Shown here piece by piece: positions 51,828 to 61,584 of a stretch of 64,000 nt of DNA. This DNA is from Nitrosopumilus sp. Lineage in GTDB: Archaea > Thermoproteota > Nitrososphaeria > Nitrososphaerales > Nitrosopumilaceae. The DNA is taken from NCBI GenBank assembly GCA_965197525.1, contig OZ240211.1, positions 1,344,001-1,408,000 on the forward strand, in the 5' to 3' direction. Every line of letters starts with the position of its first letter. Position 1 is the first letter of the stretch. The position numbers and the translations under genes are program-made. A model generated the notes under the pieces. That model was not told where the DNA came from, did no database searches, and saw only the letters and a list, made by a program, of their open reading frames with translations.

Positions 51828-52051
51828 TTTTTCAACTACCATACTCAGCTTCAGATAATCCAACCGAATCCAAAACTTGATTTCAGCACCCGATAACTTC
51901 ACAGAACCAAGTATACCCATGTATATAATCCCCATAAATTACAAGGCTTGTTTTTAATAAAGGTGCTTTTTTTATTTATTTGGTTTTATTTTACCACTCG
52001 TGAATGCAACAGAGCCTATTTTTCCAAACATTAAAATTTATTATGACTTGA

Positions 52052-52660
52052 TTGCATTCATTGACATCTAATTTAGCACTGGAAAAGACGATTGACAACG
52101 TTTTGCTCAATACCGAAAAAAATATTCAGGCAAGCATCAAATCTGGTCTAGAGGACTCCCAACAAAGACTAGATGATTCTCTATTGATGCTAGATGCTGA
52201 ATACGATAAAATCTTGTTTGATGCTAAAAAAGAGGCTGACAAGCTTGAAAAACAGATAATTGGCGGCGCTGATATTAAGGCTAGAAATCAGCAACTAGTC
52301 CTGTTAGAACAAGCAGTTGATGGTGTATTTTCAAAAGCATTAGAACATATTACAAATATTGATAAAAGCGGTGACTATACAAATCTCATCAAGGCATTGA
52401 TAGTAGAGTCAACCCAAATCTTAGGAACTAACGAAGTTATTGTTTTTACAAATAGTAAAGACAGAAAAATAGTTGAATCTGTACTTTCAGAATTCCCAAC
52501 AGCAGTCCTGTCTTCTGACACATTTGACTGTCTGGGCGGCATTAAAGCCCACTCTAAGGATGGAACAATGACATTTGATAATACACTTGATGCAAGAATT
52601 CAACGTATGAAGCCTTTAATAAGGAAAGATATTGCAGCAAAATTCGGAGTGGGAAATTAA
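52052..52660 (+). CDS. atpE: A/V-type ATP synthase subunit E
   Basis: Coiled-coil N-terminus; LGGIKAHSKDGTMTFDNTLDARI. Confidence 0.88.
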   Translation: MHSLTSNLALEKTIDNVLLNTEKNIQASIKSGLEDSQQRLDDSLLMLDAEYDKILFDAKKEADKLEKQIIGGADIKARNQQLVLLEQAVDGVFSKALEHITNIDKSGDYTNLIKALIVESTQILGTNEVIVFTNSKDRKIVESVLSEFPTAVLSSDTFDCLGGIKAHSKDGTMTFDNTLDARIQRMKPLIRKDIAAKFGVGN

Positions 52661-52661
52661 A

Positions 52662-52943
52662 ATGGTAGCTACGAGTAGAATTGTTTGGATGAGTGCCGAT
52701 ACTTACTGCAGTCCAGAAAAACAATATGGATTATTAAAATCGCTAGTTGACTTTTACCACAAGGCGCAACAAACTCTTAGAGAAGGTAGATTATTATCTG
52801 ATATACGTACTCTGCCAATACTGACTAGTCTTCTTAAAACTAGAATTGATATTAAATATGACCAGATGCCAAAAATAGATCAATTAGATAAAAGTATGCA
52901 AACCCCATTCAAATCAATTACAGGAGTGAAAGTATCGAATTGA
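52662..52943 (+). pseudogene. atpA: ATP synthase subunit A reduced to an in-frame N-/C-terminal fusion (93 aa)
   Basis: Occupies the atpE-[A]-atpB slot; MVATSRIVWMS joined to DTYCSPEKQY...[11 protein letters not shown]; no Walker motifs; stop overlaps the atpB TTG start. Confidence 0.85.
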
Positions 52944-54325
52944 CAACAACAGGTGGAATCCAATACAGTAAGATTGCCGAGATCAAAGGTCCTCTAGTTG
53001 TGGTAGACGACGTTGAGAGTGCAGCATTTGATGAGTTAGTTGAGATTGAAACTACTGACGGCGAAAGAAGATTGGGTAAAGTCCTTGAAGTAGGAAATGG
53101 TAAAGCAGTTGTCCAAGTTTTTGAGGGAACAACTGGTTTGTCTATATCTGAAACCAATGCAAAGTTTGTAGGTAAAGTTATGGAGATGCCAGTATCAAAA
53201 GAGGTGCTAGGTAGAGTCTTTGATGGATTAGGTAGACCAAAAGACGGACTACCGGATCCAATTGCTGATAAATTTATTGACATTAATGGCGAACCTATGA
53301 ATCCTGAACAGCGTGAATATCCGAAAGACTTTATTCAAACCGGCGTCTCCGTCATTGACGGAATGATGACTCTGGTAAGGGGACAAAAACTTCCAATATT
53401 CTCAGGCTCAGGCATGTCTCACAATCTTCTGGCAGCACAAATTGCAAGACAGGCCAGTGTTCTTGGAACACAAGATGACTTTGCTGTAGTATTTGCAGCA
53501 ATAGGCGTGCAGTATAGTGAGGCAGAATATTTCAGACGAAGTTTAGAAGAGTCTGGAGCACTCAAAAGGAGTGTGCTATTTTTAAATACAGCAGACGATC
53601 CTGCAATTGAGAGGATTATTACTCCACGTGTAGCACTTACTGTAGCTGAGTACCTAGCTTTTGATTTAGGAATGCATGTTTTAGTTATTCTAACTGATAT
53701 GACAAACTATGCAGAGGCATTAAGGGAGATAAGTGCAGCACGAGAAGAGGTTCCTGGAAGAAAAGGATATCCAGGCTATCTTTACACTGATCTTTCAACA
53801 ATATATGAGCGAGCAGGTAAACTAAATGGAAGAGATGGAAGTGTTACCCAAGTTCCTATTCTATCCATGCCATCGGATGATATCACTCATCCGATACCTG
53901 ATCTGACAGGTTATATCACAGAAGGTCAAGTAGTACTAGGCAGAGATCTATTCAGACAAGGCATATATCCACCAATCAATATTTTGATGAGTCTTAGTAG
54001 GTTGATGAAAGATGGTATTGGTGAAGGCAGTACAAGAGCAGATCACGGCGAAATATCCAACCAAGTCTATGATGCGTATTCTCGATCACAAGAGGTGAAA
54101 GCATTAGCAGGTATTGTTGGAAAAGCAGGCCTAACTGACATTGATCTTAAATATATGGACGTAGGTGAGATCTTTGAAAAAGAGTTTCTTACACAAGCAA
54201 CTGATGAGAATAGAACTATTGAAGAGACACTGGCAATTCTATGGAAGATTGTATCAAAACTACCAAAAAGCGAGATTACAAAGATCAAAGACAAATTTAT
54301 TGATCAATACTACAAGGACGAATAA
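52940..54325 (+). CDS. atpB: A/V-type ATP synthase subunit B
   Basis: [54 protein letters not shown]. Confidence 0.96.
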   Translation: MTTTGGIQYSKIAEIKGPLVVVDDVESAAFDELVEIETTDGERRLGKVLEVGNGKAVVQVFEGTTGLSISETNAKFVGKVMEMPVSKEVLGRVFDGLGRPKDGLPDPIADKFIDINGEPMNPEQREYPKDFIQTGVSVIDGMMTLVRGQKLPIFSGSGMSHNLLAAQIARQASVLGTQDDFAVVFAAIGVQYSEAEYFRRSLEESGALKRSVLFLNTADDPAIERIITPRVALTVAEYLAFDLGMHVLVILTDMTNYAEALREISAAREEVPGRKGYPGYLYTDLSTIYERAGKLNGRDGSVTQVPILSMPSDDITHPIPDLTGYITEGQVVLGRDLFRQGIYPPINILMSLSRLMKDGIGEGSTRADHGEISNQVYDAYSRSQEVKALAGIVGKAGLTDIDLKYMDVGEIFEKEFLTQATDENRTIEETLAILWKIVSKLPKSEITKIKDKFIDQYYKDE

Positions 54326-54328
54326 ATA

Positions 54329-54961
54329 ATGTCATTTGGACAAAACGTTGCTGCGACAAAGATTGAACTGCTAAAATATAAAAAATCAACCCAAGTTGCA
54401 GTCATGGTTCAGAAAATTTTAGATGACAAACGGAAAATTCTTTTAAAAAATGTCGAAGAAATGATTACTGAAGCATCAAAAGCAAGAGGTGGGATTTGGG
54501 ATCCACTACAAGACATCTATACAGCAGTTAATGAAGCATATCTGGCACTTGGTACCAATACAGTTGATTCTGTTGCCGAATCAACTCCACCTGTGATGGA
54601 AGTAGATGTTTATATTAAACGTGTAGTTGACGTAAAAATTCCTGCACTCACAGTAACTGAAAAGGATACAAAATCAATGCCTTATGGATTTGCAGATACA
54701 AATTCTTCTATTGACAGAGCTGCCAAACAGATCAAAGAGCTACTTCCAAAAATCTGCAAAGCAGCCGAGTATGAAAATTCTATCTTTAGTCTTGCCAAAG
54801 CATTAGAAAAGACTCAAAAGTTGTTAAATGCACTTGAAAACGTAATTATTCCTCAATATAGCCAAAAAATTAGATTTATTTTAGCTACTCTTGAGGAGAG
54901 AGAGCGAGAAGAATTCGCAAAGTTAAAAAAAGTCAAAGCAAAGATGGAGAGTAGAAAGTAA
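54329..54961 (+). CDS. atpD: A/V-type ATP synthase subunit D
   Basis: ATKIEL, LNALENVIIP, LEEREREEFAKLKKVK. Confidence 0.93.
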   Translation: MSFGQNVAATKIELLKYKKSTQVAVMVQKILDDKRKILLKNVEEMITEASKARGGIWDPLQDIYTAVNEAYLALGTNTVDSVAESTPPVMEVDVYIKRVVDVKIPALTVTEKDTKSMPYGFADTNSSIDRAAKQIKELLPKICKAAEYENSIFSLAKALEKTQKLLNALENVIIPQYSQKIRFILATLEEREREEFAKLKKVKAKMESRK

Positions 54962-55092
54962 TGGCAAACAAAGAGATAAAAAAATTATTAAACAAATCTA
55001 AAAAGAAACTAGACGCTGACTACGATAATTTTGTCAAATCTATCGAGACTGATCTACAGTCGTTTAAAAAGACAACATTATCTCAGATCTAA
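54961..55092 (+). CDS. 43-aa helical microprotein within the atp operon
   Basis: MANKEIKKLLNKSKKKLDADYDNFVKSIETDLQSFKKTTLSQI*; ATG overlaps the atpD stop. Confidence 0.6.
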   Translation: MANKEIKKLLNKSKKKLDADYDNFVKSIETDLQSFKKTTLSQI

Positions 55093-55143
55093 ATTTAACG
55101 TCTATCATGATTTAAATAAGGATCTAAAAAAGCCACTTCATAA

Positions 55144-55449
55144 ATGAAAACAATCGTCATGTTACTTTTGGCAGCATCAGTAATCTCAATTCTTGGTTCA
55201 ACTGGAATTGCATATGCCCAAGAGGACTCTGCATCTAGCGGTGACTCTATGAAACTTCTAGGAGCTGGTTTAGCATTTGGTATTGCAGCCGGCGGAGCAG
55301 GAATTGGTCTTGGTCAGGTAGGTGCAGCAGGACTTGCAGTTATTAGCGAGAATCCTGCATTACAGTCAAAGGTGTTTATCTTCGTAGGCATGGTTGAATC
55401 AATTGCCATCTACGGCATAGTCATGATGTTTATCATCTTGGGACAGTAG
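55144..55449 (+). CDS. atpK: A/V-type ATP synthase proteolipid subunit c (K)
   Basis: GAGIGLGQVGAAG...FVGMVESIAIYG with the ion-binding Glu. Confidence 0.93.
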   Translation: MKTIVMLLLAASVISILGSTGIAYAQEDSASSGDSMKLLGAGLAFGIAAGGAGIGLGQVGAAGLAVISENPALQSKVFIFVGMVESIAIYGIVMMFIILGQ

Positions 55450-55485
55450 GTCAAACTATATATTTTCAATTTTTTGTTTTATCTC

Positions 55486-55947
55486 TTAATTATATTTTAG
55501 TTGGTTTACATCCAGTACTCGTGCACAATATCTGCATTTTAACACCCTTTTGACTTTATCAACCACTACCATCACTGATTCTATATGTTCTGTACTGTTT
55601 GTAACGCAGTCTAAATTTGGACATTTGAAAATTCTATCTATCTCGTTTGGTAGAGCCACTCTTCTCTTTTCAACAAGTTTGTACTCTTTTATCATGTTAA
55701 TTGTCGCTTTTGGTGCAATAACTGCCAATTTGTTTGTGTCATCATCTTTGAGAAATTTATTCTCTACTTTGATTATATCCTTTTTCTTAAATTTTCCACT
55801 TGGAACATTCAATGCTATGGTAATCAGGCTACCATCGTTACCATCAATTCTTAACGCAGTCAGCACTTGCAAGCCCTTACCTTCATCGATATGATCAATT
55901 ACGGTCCCTTCTTTTATTCGTCGAACTAGTAGATCAGAACGCTCCAT
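55486..55947 (-). CDS. pyrI: Aspartate carbamoyltransferase regulatory chain
   Basis: IKEGTVIDHI, KKDIIKVE, CPNLDC...CRYC. Confidence 0.95.
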   Translation of the reverse strand: MERSDLLVRRIKEGTVIDHIDEGKGLQVLTALRIDGNDGSLITIALNVPSGKFKKKDIIKVENKFLKDDDTNKLAVIAPKATINMIKEYKLVEKRRVALPNEIDRIFKCPNLDCVTNSTEHIESVMVVVDKVKRVLKCRYCARVLDVNQLKYN

Positions 55948-55987
55948 CAGAATATTTGTATAGTCACTTGTATATATTATTGAAAGA

Positions 55988-56917
55988 GTGAACGAATTCT
56001 ATCATAAAGACATCATCTCTATTAAGGATTTAACTAGAGATAAACTTGAACAGATTTTTGCTGCTACTGAAAAAATTATGCAATTAAATCCAACGCAGAG
56101 ACACGAGATCTGTAAAGGTAAAACCCTAGGGTATCTATTTTATGAACCTAGTACACGAACTCGTCTTAGCTTTGATTCTGCTATAGCATCAGTTGGTGGA
56201 ACATCTTTGGGCATCTCTGACGTTACGTCATCTTCTGCGCAAAAAGGTGAAAGTCTTGCTGATACTGTCAGAATGATGTCTATCTATTCTGATATTCTTG
56301 TTTTACGGCATCCTTTAGATGGATCAAGTAGGTTTGCCTCTGAGATCTCAGACAGACCTGTAATCAATGCTGGTAGTGGAACAGAAGAGCATCCTACACA
56401 AGCAATACAAGATCTATTTACCATCAAACAAGAGAAAAAAAAGATAGACGGTCTAAAAATTGGGGTTGTAGGCGATCTGAAATACGGGCGAACGATCTAT
56501 TCTTTATTATATGGATTGGGTAATTATGACGTCGAAGTACATCTGATCTCTCCTGAATCACTACGAATAAGATCTGATTCAACGTATGATATAAAGAAGA
56601 GACTGGATTTTACCGAGTCCACTAATATTGAAGAGTACATCGACGATCTTGACGTTCTTTATATGACACGAATTCAAAAAGAGAGATTTCCTGACGAGGA
56701 AGAGTATCGCAAAGTTAAAGGAAGCTATGTTGTAGGTCTTGACATGCTACAAAAGATGAAGCATGATTCAATAATTTTACATCCACTTCCAAGAGTAGAT
56801 GAGATTACCTCTGATGTGGATAAAACTCCTAATGCCAAATATTTCAAACAAGCCGAGTATGGCAAACATACCCGTGCAGCAATATTGGGTCTTATACTTA
56901 ACGAGGATGGTTTTTGA
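55988..56917 (+). CDS. pyrB: Aspartate carbamoyltransferase catalytic chain
   Basis: EPSTRTRLSF, HPTQ, GDLKYGRT, RIQKER, HPLPR. Confidence 0.96.
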   Translation: MNEFYHKDIISIKDLTRDKLEQIFAATEKIMQLNPTQRHEICKGKTLGYLFYEPSTRTRLSFDSAIASVGGTSLGISDVTSSSAQKGESLADTVRMMSIYSDILVLRHPLDGSSRFASEISDRPVINAGSGTEEHPTQAIQDLFTIKQEKKKIDGLKIGVVGDLKYGRTIYSLLYGLGNYDVEVHLISPESLRIRSDSTYDIKKRLDFTESTNIEEYIDDLDVLYMTRIQKERFPDEEEYRKVKGSYVVGLDMLQKMKHDSIILHPLPRVDEITSDVDKTPNAKYFKQAEYGKHTRAAILGLILNEDGF

Positions 56918-56968
56918 TATTATTTAACATCGCATTCAATATATCTAGAGACATCTCAAACTAGATAG

Positions 56969-57679
56969 TTGACTGACACAAAAATCATTCCAATATTTCC
57001 TTTAGATCTAGTCTTATTTCCAAGACAAGAGCTTCCACTTCGAATATTTGAGCCTAGATACAAACAACTAGTTGATGATTGTATGCTAGGAGACAAGCAG
57101 TTTGGTGTATGCCTAATTGACAGAATCAATTCTCTTAATGGTTGGGACTCACCTAAAATGATTGGAACTATTGCTAAAATCTCTAAATGTGAAGATGCTG
57201 AGCTTGATGGATCAACATTGCATATTGAAACTATAGGCCGCAGCTCTTTTCAAATTCAAAAAATAATTCCACCCGATATTCCGCAACCTGCCAACTATGA
57301 TCCACATTCAGTACAAGGATTACAAGACATATATGAAATTCATGAAAAGCTTGGAATACAAAAAAAGATGTACATACGTGCACACGTTGAAATGATGCCA
57401 GAGATTGACGAAAATATCTCTCTTACACAATGGGAAAAATTAATAGAATTATGGAAAAAGAAGATCATACACCAAGCCTTACCTCAAATAGTTGACTCGC
57501 ATTCTTTAGATCATATGTTACAACAATACTACCTTGACACCGTCACTCCTACAATTGATTATGTATATTCTCTGTCTGCGCTTGGTGCAAGTAATCCAAA
57601 TGAACTCCAACCAATCTTGGAGGCTACAAATATGGATGAATTAATTCGTCGGGTTCAAGTACTAATGACTGTAAAATAA
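56969..57679 (+). CDS. Lon peptidase N-terminal (substrate-binding) domain protein
   Basis: IPIFPL...VLFP...LPLRIFEPRYKQLV...FGV. Confidence 0.85.
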   Translation: MTDTKIIPIFPLDLVLFPRQELPLRIFEPRYKQLVDDCMLGDKQFGVCLIDRINSLNGWDSPKMIGTIAKISKCEDAELDGSTLHIETIGRSSFQIQKIIPPDIPQPANYDPHSVQGLQDIYEIHEKLGIQKKMYIRAHVEMMPEIDENISLTQWEKLIELWKKKIIHQALPQIVDSHSLDHMLQQYYLDTVTPTIDYVYSLSALGASNPNELQPILEATNMDELIRRVQVLMTVK

Positions 57680-57719
57680 CAGTAATCAGATACAAATATG
57701 AGATATAGATAGTTTAATC

Positions 57720-59126
57720 ATGGTAATGACGACTATGGCTATGACTACCACAATGATAGCCATGCTGCAGTCAAGAAAAATTATAATATTTGGACTAGTC
57801 GCTGTTTTATGTCTATTTTTTCCAAGTGACGTTTATGGTCACGGTTTAGGGCTTGATACTATCTCATCAGTTGATGTTCAAGGCAAGAAATTGTCCATAT
57901 CAGTAGAGATGCCATTAACTTTTGAGGACGCCCAAGACCAAATCACAATCACTGCCACTGAAGATGAAACCAAAGAGAATGCTGCCAACGTAACTTTCTT
58001 GATTGGGTTATTTCATGACAACGAAATGATCTTTAGGAATTATTTCTTTGCAGAAGATGGCATCTTATCTATTACGATAACACCAACACAAGATGATGAG
58101 ATAACAATTCATGGTATCCAAGATTCACTACTTGGTGCATGGCACCGGACACCAACAGAACCAATAGAGATAACAGGACCTATCTTTACCTCAGGCGGTC
58201 TATATAATTTTGAGATTGAGATACGAACTATCGATGAGCCAACCAATATCATAGAGAACTCGGGTGTTTATAATGCTGATTTGAGCGTAATTGAGACTGT
58301 ATCATTTATTCAACAAGACTCTCAAAACAACGATGTACAATTTCGTTTTAAATCATATTTTGACTCTATCTCTAACTTTCAATATCACCCTAGCACTCAG
58401 CAAGTGACATTTGAGATGCCATTTGATTGGAGCGAAAAACAGGCATCTCATGTATCTGTAGTACACCTTGAGACTCATTTTCCAAAAGATTTTGTTGAAT
58501 TTTTATCTCCTAGTTACACTGGAACTGCAAATGGCATTCCTCTCTTTAAATCATCTGTAACTATTGACGATTATACAGAAGATGATGAGAGAATAGTTCA
58601 TTTTGTTTTATTGCAAGATCATTTGAAATTTTTAAAAAATGAGATGAAAAAATCAGACACTCCATTATCTGATAGTATTATGTTTACACTATCTACTAGT
58701 CCGGATATTGTATTTCCATTAGAAGCATACACAAGAAGTGAAGATTTTAAAATAAACCTTTCATGGGATCCATTAGATGTAGAGCCTGAAATCCCTACAA
58801 ATTTTATTTTTACTATTAGAGATGGAAAAACCAATGAACCATTAAGAAATTCCGATTATACATTTGTAATTATTCAAAATGATCAAGAGATTTATCGTAC
58901 AACAGGAACTGCTCAGATTGGAGGTGAGTTTGAAAAATTTACTTTTAAAGAGGAACAGACAGGTCCGACCACCATTAAATTCGAAAACATTAGAAATACC
59001 GGTCAAGAAACTGAATTTGCACTAGTTGTCGTACCTGAATTTGGAGCTATAACTTTGCTTGTTCTTGTAATCTCAATAACTAGTATAATATTTATCACAA
59101 GACAAAAAACCATTCTAACTGTCTAA
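57720..59126 (+). CDS. PEFG-CTERM surface protein (true start probably slightly downstream)
   Basis: Signal peptide ending VYGHGLG; C-terminal VVPEFG + TM helix + basic tail. Confidence 0.85.
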   Translation: MVMTTMAMTTTMIAMLQSRKIIIFGLVAVLCLFFPSDVYGHGLGLDTISSVDVQGKKLSISVEMPLTFEDAQDQITITATEDETKENAANVTFLIGLFHDNEMIFRNYFFAEDGILSITITPTQDDEITIHGIQDSLLGAWHRTPTEPIEITGPIFTSGGLYNFEIEIRTIDEPTNIIENSGVYNADLSVIETVSFIQQDSQNNDVQFRFKSYFDSISNFQYHPSTQQVTFEMPFDWSEKQASHVSVVHLETHFPKDFVEFLSPSYTGTANGIPLFKSSVTIDDYTEDDERIVHFVLLQDHLKFLKNEMKKSDTPLSDSIMFTLSTSPDIVFPLEAYTRSEDFKINLSWDPLDVEPEIPTNFIFTIRDGKTNEPLRNSDYTFVIIQNDQEIYRTTGTAQIGGEFEKFTFKEEQTGPTTIKFENIRNTGQETEFALVVVPEFGAITLLVLVISITSIIFITRQKTILTV

Positions 59127-59506
59127 AGCGCAACTAGCTTTACAGTATCCATATTCTTATTCCTCTGAAAATCTTTTGTTATTGTCAAAACCTTCTCTGC
59201 ATCTCCATTAATTAGAAATAACTCCATACACTTTTCTTTCTCAATTTTACTATGCAGATGCGTTGTAATAAGATCTTCAAAATTATGTGTAATCCCAGAA
59301 ACAACATGATCAAATTCGTCGTTGTGAACTACCAGTAAAATGGCATGAATGTCTCCCGATAAATTCGCTTTTTGCTTCTCTTCGGATACGAACGCTCTTG
59401 TGGCAGCTCTTATGGCCTCAGACCTGCCTGAAAAACCTATTGTTGATTGTAATTTTTCTAACTCTGATAATATCTCATTATTTAGTGATATTGAGACTAT
59501 GGGCAT
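59123..59506 (-). CDS. NikR-family (RHH + ACT) metal-responsive regulator
   Basis: MPIVSISL...GFSGRSEAIR...HLHSKI...CMELF. Confidence 0.88.
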   Translation of the reverse strand: MPIVSISLNNEILSELEKLQSTIGFSGRSEAIRAATRAFVSEEKQKANLSGDIHAILLVVHNDEFDHVVSGITHNFEDLITTHLHSKIEKEKCMELFLINGDAEKVLTITKDFQRNKNMDTVKLVAL

Positions 59507-59596
59507 ACACCAAATATTATTAACTATTTTATAAGTTTAGCATTAAATATTATTAATATATTATAGATTTATTAATAACTTGGATCAGTACTGGGT

Positions 59597-60865
59597 ATGA
59601 ATCGCCAAACTAAACTTGCAGTTGCAGCAATCATGATTATAATTCCTCTAAGTATTGTAGGAGTTTATAGTACTAGTATTGATTCACCAACAATTGATGA
59701 GTCTAGTGATTCAAAATTAAAAGTTATTGCATCATTTGATCCACTTTATAGATTCTCAAAAATAGTTGGAGGTGATTTAGTTGATGTTACTTTACTTGTT
59801 CCAGTAGGCGTAGAGCCACATGATTGGGAACCAACAGTAAATGATGTAAGAGAAATAAATGCATCTGATCTAATAGTTATCAACGGCATAGGTTTTGAGA
59901 CCTGGGTTGATGATCTGTATATTAATAATTATCAAGGAAGAATAATTGATACTAGTATTGGTATTTTTAATGATGAAGAAAAAGGACACACTGATGAAGA
60001 AAGGCATGATGAAGAACATGAAGAGGGACACACTGATGAAGAAAGGCATGATGAAGAACATGAAGAGGGACACACTGATGAAGAAAGGCATGATGAAGAA
60101 CATGAAGAGGGACACACTGATGAAGAAAGGCATGATGAAGAACATGAAGAGGGACACACTGATGAAGAAAGGCATGATGAAGAACATGAAGAGGGACACA
60201 CTGATGAAGAAAGGCATGATGAAGAACATGAAGAGGGACACACTGATGAAGAAAGGCATGATGAAGAACATGAAGAGGGACACACTGATGAAGAAAGGCA
60301 TGATGAAGAACATGAAGAGGGACACGTACATGAATCAGGCGATCCTCATATTTGGTTAAATCCAGTTTATGCTAAAATTCAAATCCAAAATATTGCAGAT
60401 GCGTTCTCTGAATCTGATCCTCAAAATAGAGAATATTATCAGAAAAATGCTGTTGCCTATATCCAAAAACTCGATCAACTTGATTTACAAATTAGAGACG
60501 AGTTATCTGGTTGCAAAACTGATTTTATAGCTTTTCATAATGCATTCTCGTATTTTGCAAATGAGTATGGTCTTACACAACACACAATTGTTTCATCAAG
60601 TGGTTCTCATGGTGAGGTTACGGCCAAGACGCTACAAGATGTAATTTCTACTGCTAAATCATTAGATATCAAAATAATTTTCAGTGAAGAGAATGTATCT
60701 TCTAGAACATCTGAAATAATCGCAGATGAAATCGGAGGTGATGTATTGCTCTTATCACCGTTGGAGATAACTAATACCGAAGATGATAATGATGATGATG
60801 ATGCCGACTATATCTCTCGAATGACTACAAATCTTGAAAATCTAAGAGTAGCTCTATGTCAATAA
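59597..60865 (+). CDS. znuA: Zn/Mn ABC transporter substrate-binding protein with an expanded His/Glu loop
   Basis: EPHDWEP, DPHIWLNP, FHNAFSYF, IFSEE. Confidence 0.88.
   Translation: MNRQTKLAVAAIMIIIPLSIVGVYSTSIDSPTIDESSDSKLKVIASFDPLYRFSKIVGGDLVDVTLLVPVGVEPHDWEPTVNDVREINASDLIVINGIGFETWVDDLYINNYQGRIIDTSIGIFNDEEKGHTDEERHDEEHEEGHTDEERHDEEHEEGHTDEERHDEEHEEGHTDEERHDEEHEEGHTDEERHDEEHEEGHTDEERHDEEHEEGHTDEERHDEEHEEGHTDEERHDEEHEEGHVHESGDPHIWLNPVYAKIQIQNIADAFSESDPQNREYYQKNAVAYIQKLDQLDLQIRDELSGCKTDFIAFHNAFSYFANEYGLTQHTIVSSSGSHGEVTAKTLQDVISTAKSLDIKIIFSEENVSSRTSEIIADEIGGDVLLLSPLEITNTEDDNDDDDADYISRMTTNLENLRVALCQ
59984..60319. repeat. 8 x 42-bp perfect tandem repeat encoding GHTDEERHDEEHEE
   Basis: 336 bp, identical units at 42-bp spacing. 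Confidence 0.95.
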
Positions 60866-61578
60866 TTGCTGAGATTAGTAATCTGACAGTTGGCTATTCC
60901 TATGTTAATGCGCTTGAGAATGTCAGTTTTTCTGTCAAATCTGGAGATTTTTTAGGCATAATCGGCCCTAATGGCGCAGGCAAATCTACTTTATTTGATG
61001 CTATGCTGGGGCTATCTCCTAGGTACGAGGGCACTATCAAATTTTTTGGAGAAGATATCAAAAAATCACGAGGCTATCTCAAAGAGATTGGATACGTACC
61101 GCAAAAACCTGTCTTTGAAAGAAACTTTCCAGTAACCGTAACCGATGTCGTTAGAATGGGATTGAAAAAACAATCAGATGAAAAAAAGATTGATAAAATT
61201 TTACAACAATTATGGATACACGAACTACGTAATAGGAGAATAGGCGAACTGTCAGGAGGTGAGCAACAACGAGTCTTCATTGCAAAAGCCCTTGTTCACA
61301 GTCCGAAGATACTGATCCTCGATGAACCTGTAACTGGCATTGATGTACAAAGTCAAGAGTTGTTTTATAGTATTCTTCGTAAACTAAACACTGAACAAAA
61401 AATTACCATTATTTGGTCTTCTCATGATTTAGATGCAGTCAACAAACTAGCAAATCATGTAGCATGTTTAAACAGAACGTTATTTTTTCATGGTGAATCG
61501 GAAAGATTTTTCTCCGATGATCAACTTGTTAAACAATATTCTGAAGCTTCTATGCAAAAACATATGCACCATCATTGA
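60856..61578 (+). CDS. znuC: Zn/Mn ABC transporter ATPase
   Basis: GPNGAGKST, LSGGEQQRV, LDEP, SSHD. Confidence 0.88.
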   Translation: MSIIAEISNLTVGYSYVNALENVSFSVKSGDFLGIIGPNGAGKSTLFDAMLGLSPRYEGTIKFFGEDIKKSRGYLKEIGYVPQKPVFERNFPVTVTDVVRMGLKKQSDEKKIDKILQQLWIHELRNRRIGELSGGEQQRVFIAKALVHSPKILILDEPVTGIDVQSQELFYSILRKLNTEQKITIIWSSHDLDAVNKLANHVACLNRTLFFHGESERFFSDDQLVKQYSEASMQKHMHHH

Positions 61579-61584
61579 TGTATC

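Larger units (their letters stand above)
50563..52016. mobile_element. 1454-bp non-autonomous IS1595-type cassette with passenger ORFs
   Basis: TIR GG(T/C)TCTGTTGCATTCACGAGTGGTA at both ends (24/25); 8-bp TSD TATTTTTC (50555-50562 and 52017-52024). Confidence 0.88.

Noticed and set aside
57720-57765. Met/Thr-rich N-terminus of the PEFG-CTERM ORF as a repeat peptide
   Set aside because: More simply explained by an over-extended start call upstream of the signal peptide.
59870-60359. Three long alternative-frame ORFs (Met/Lys-, Phe- and Ser/Cys-rich) and a CRISPR-like periodicity
   Set aside because: All are shadows of the 42-bp znuA repeat; the units are contiguous with no unique spacers, so this is not a CRISPR array.
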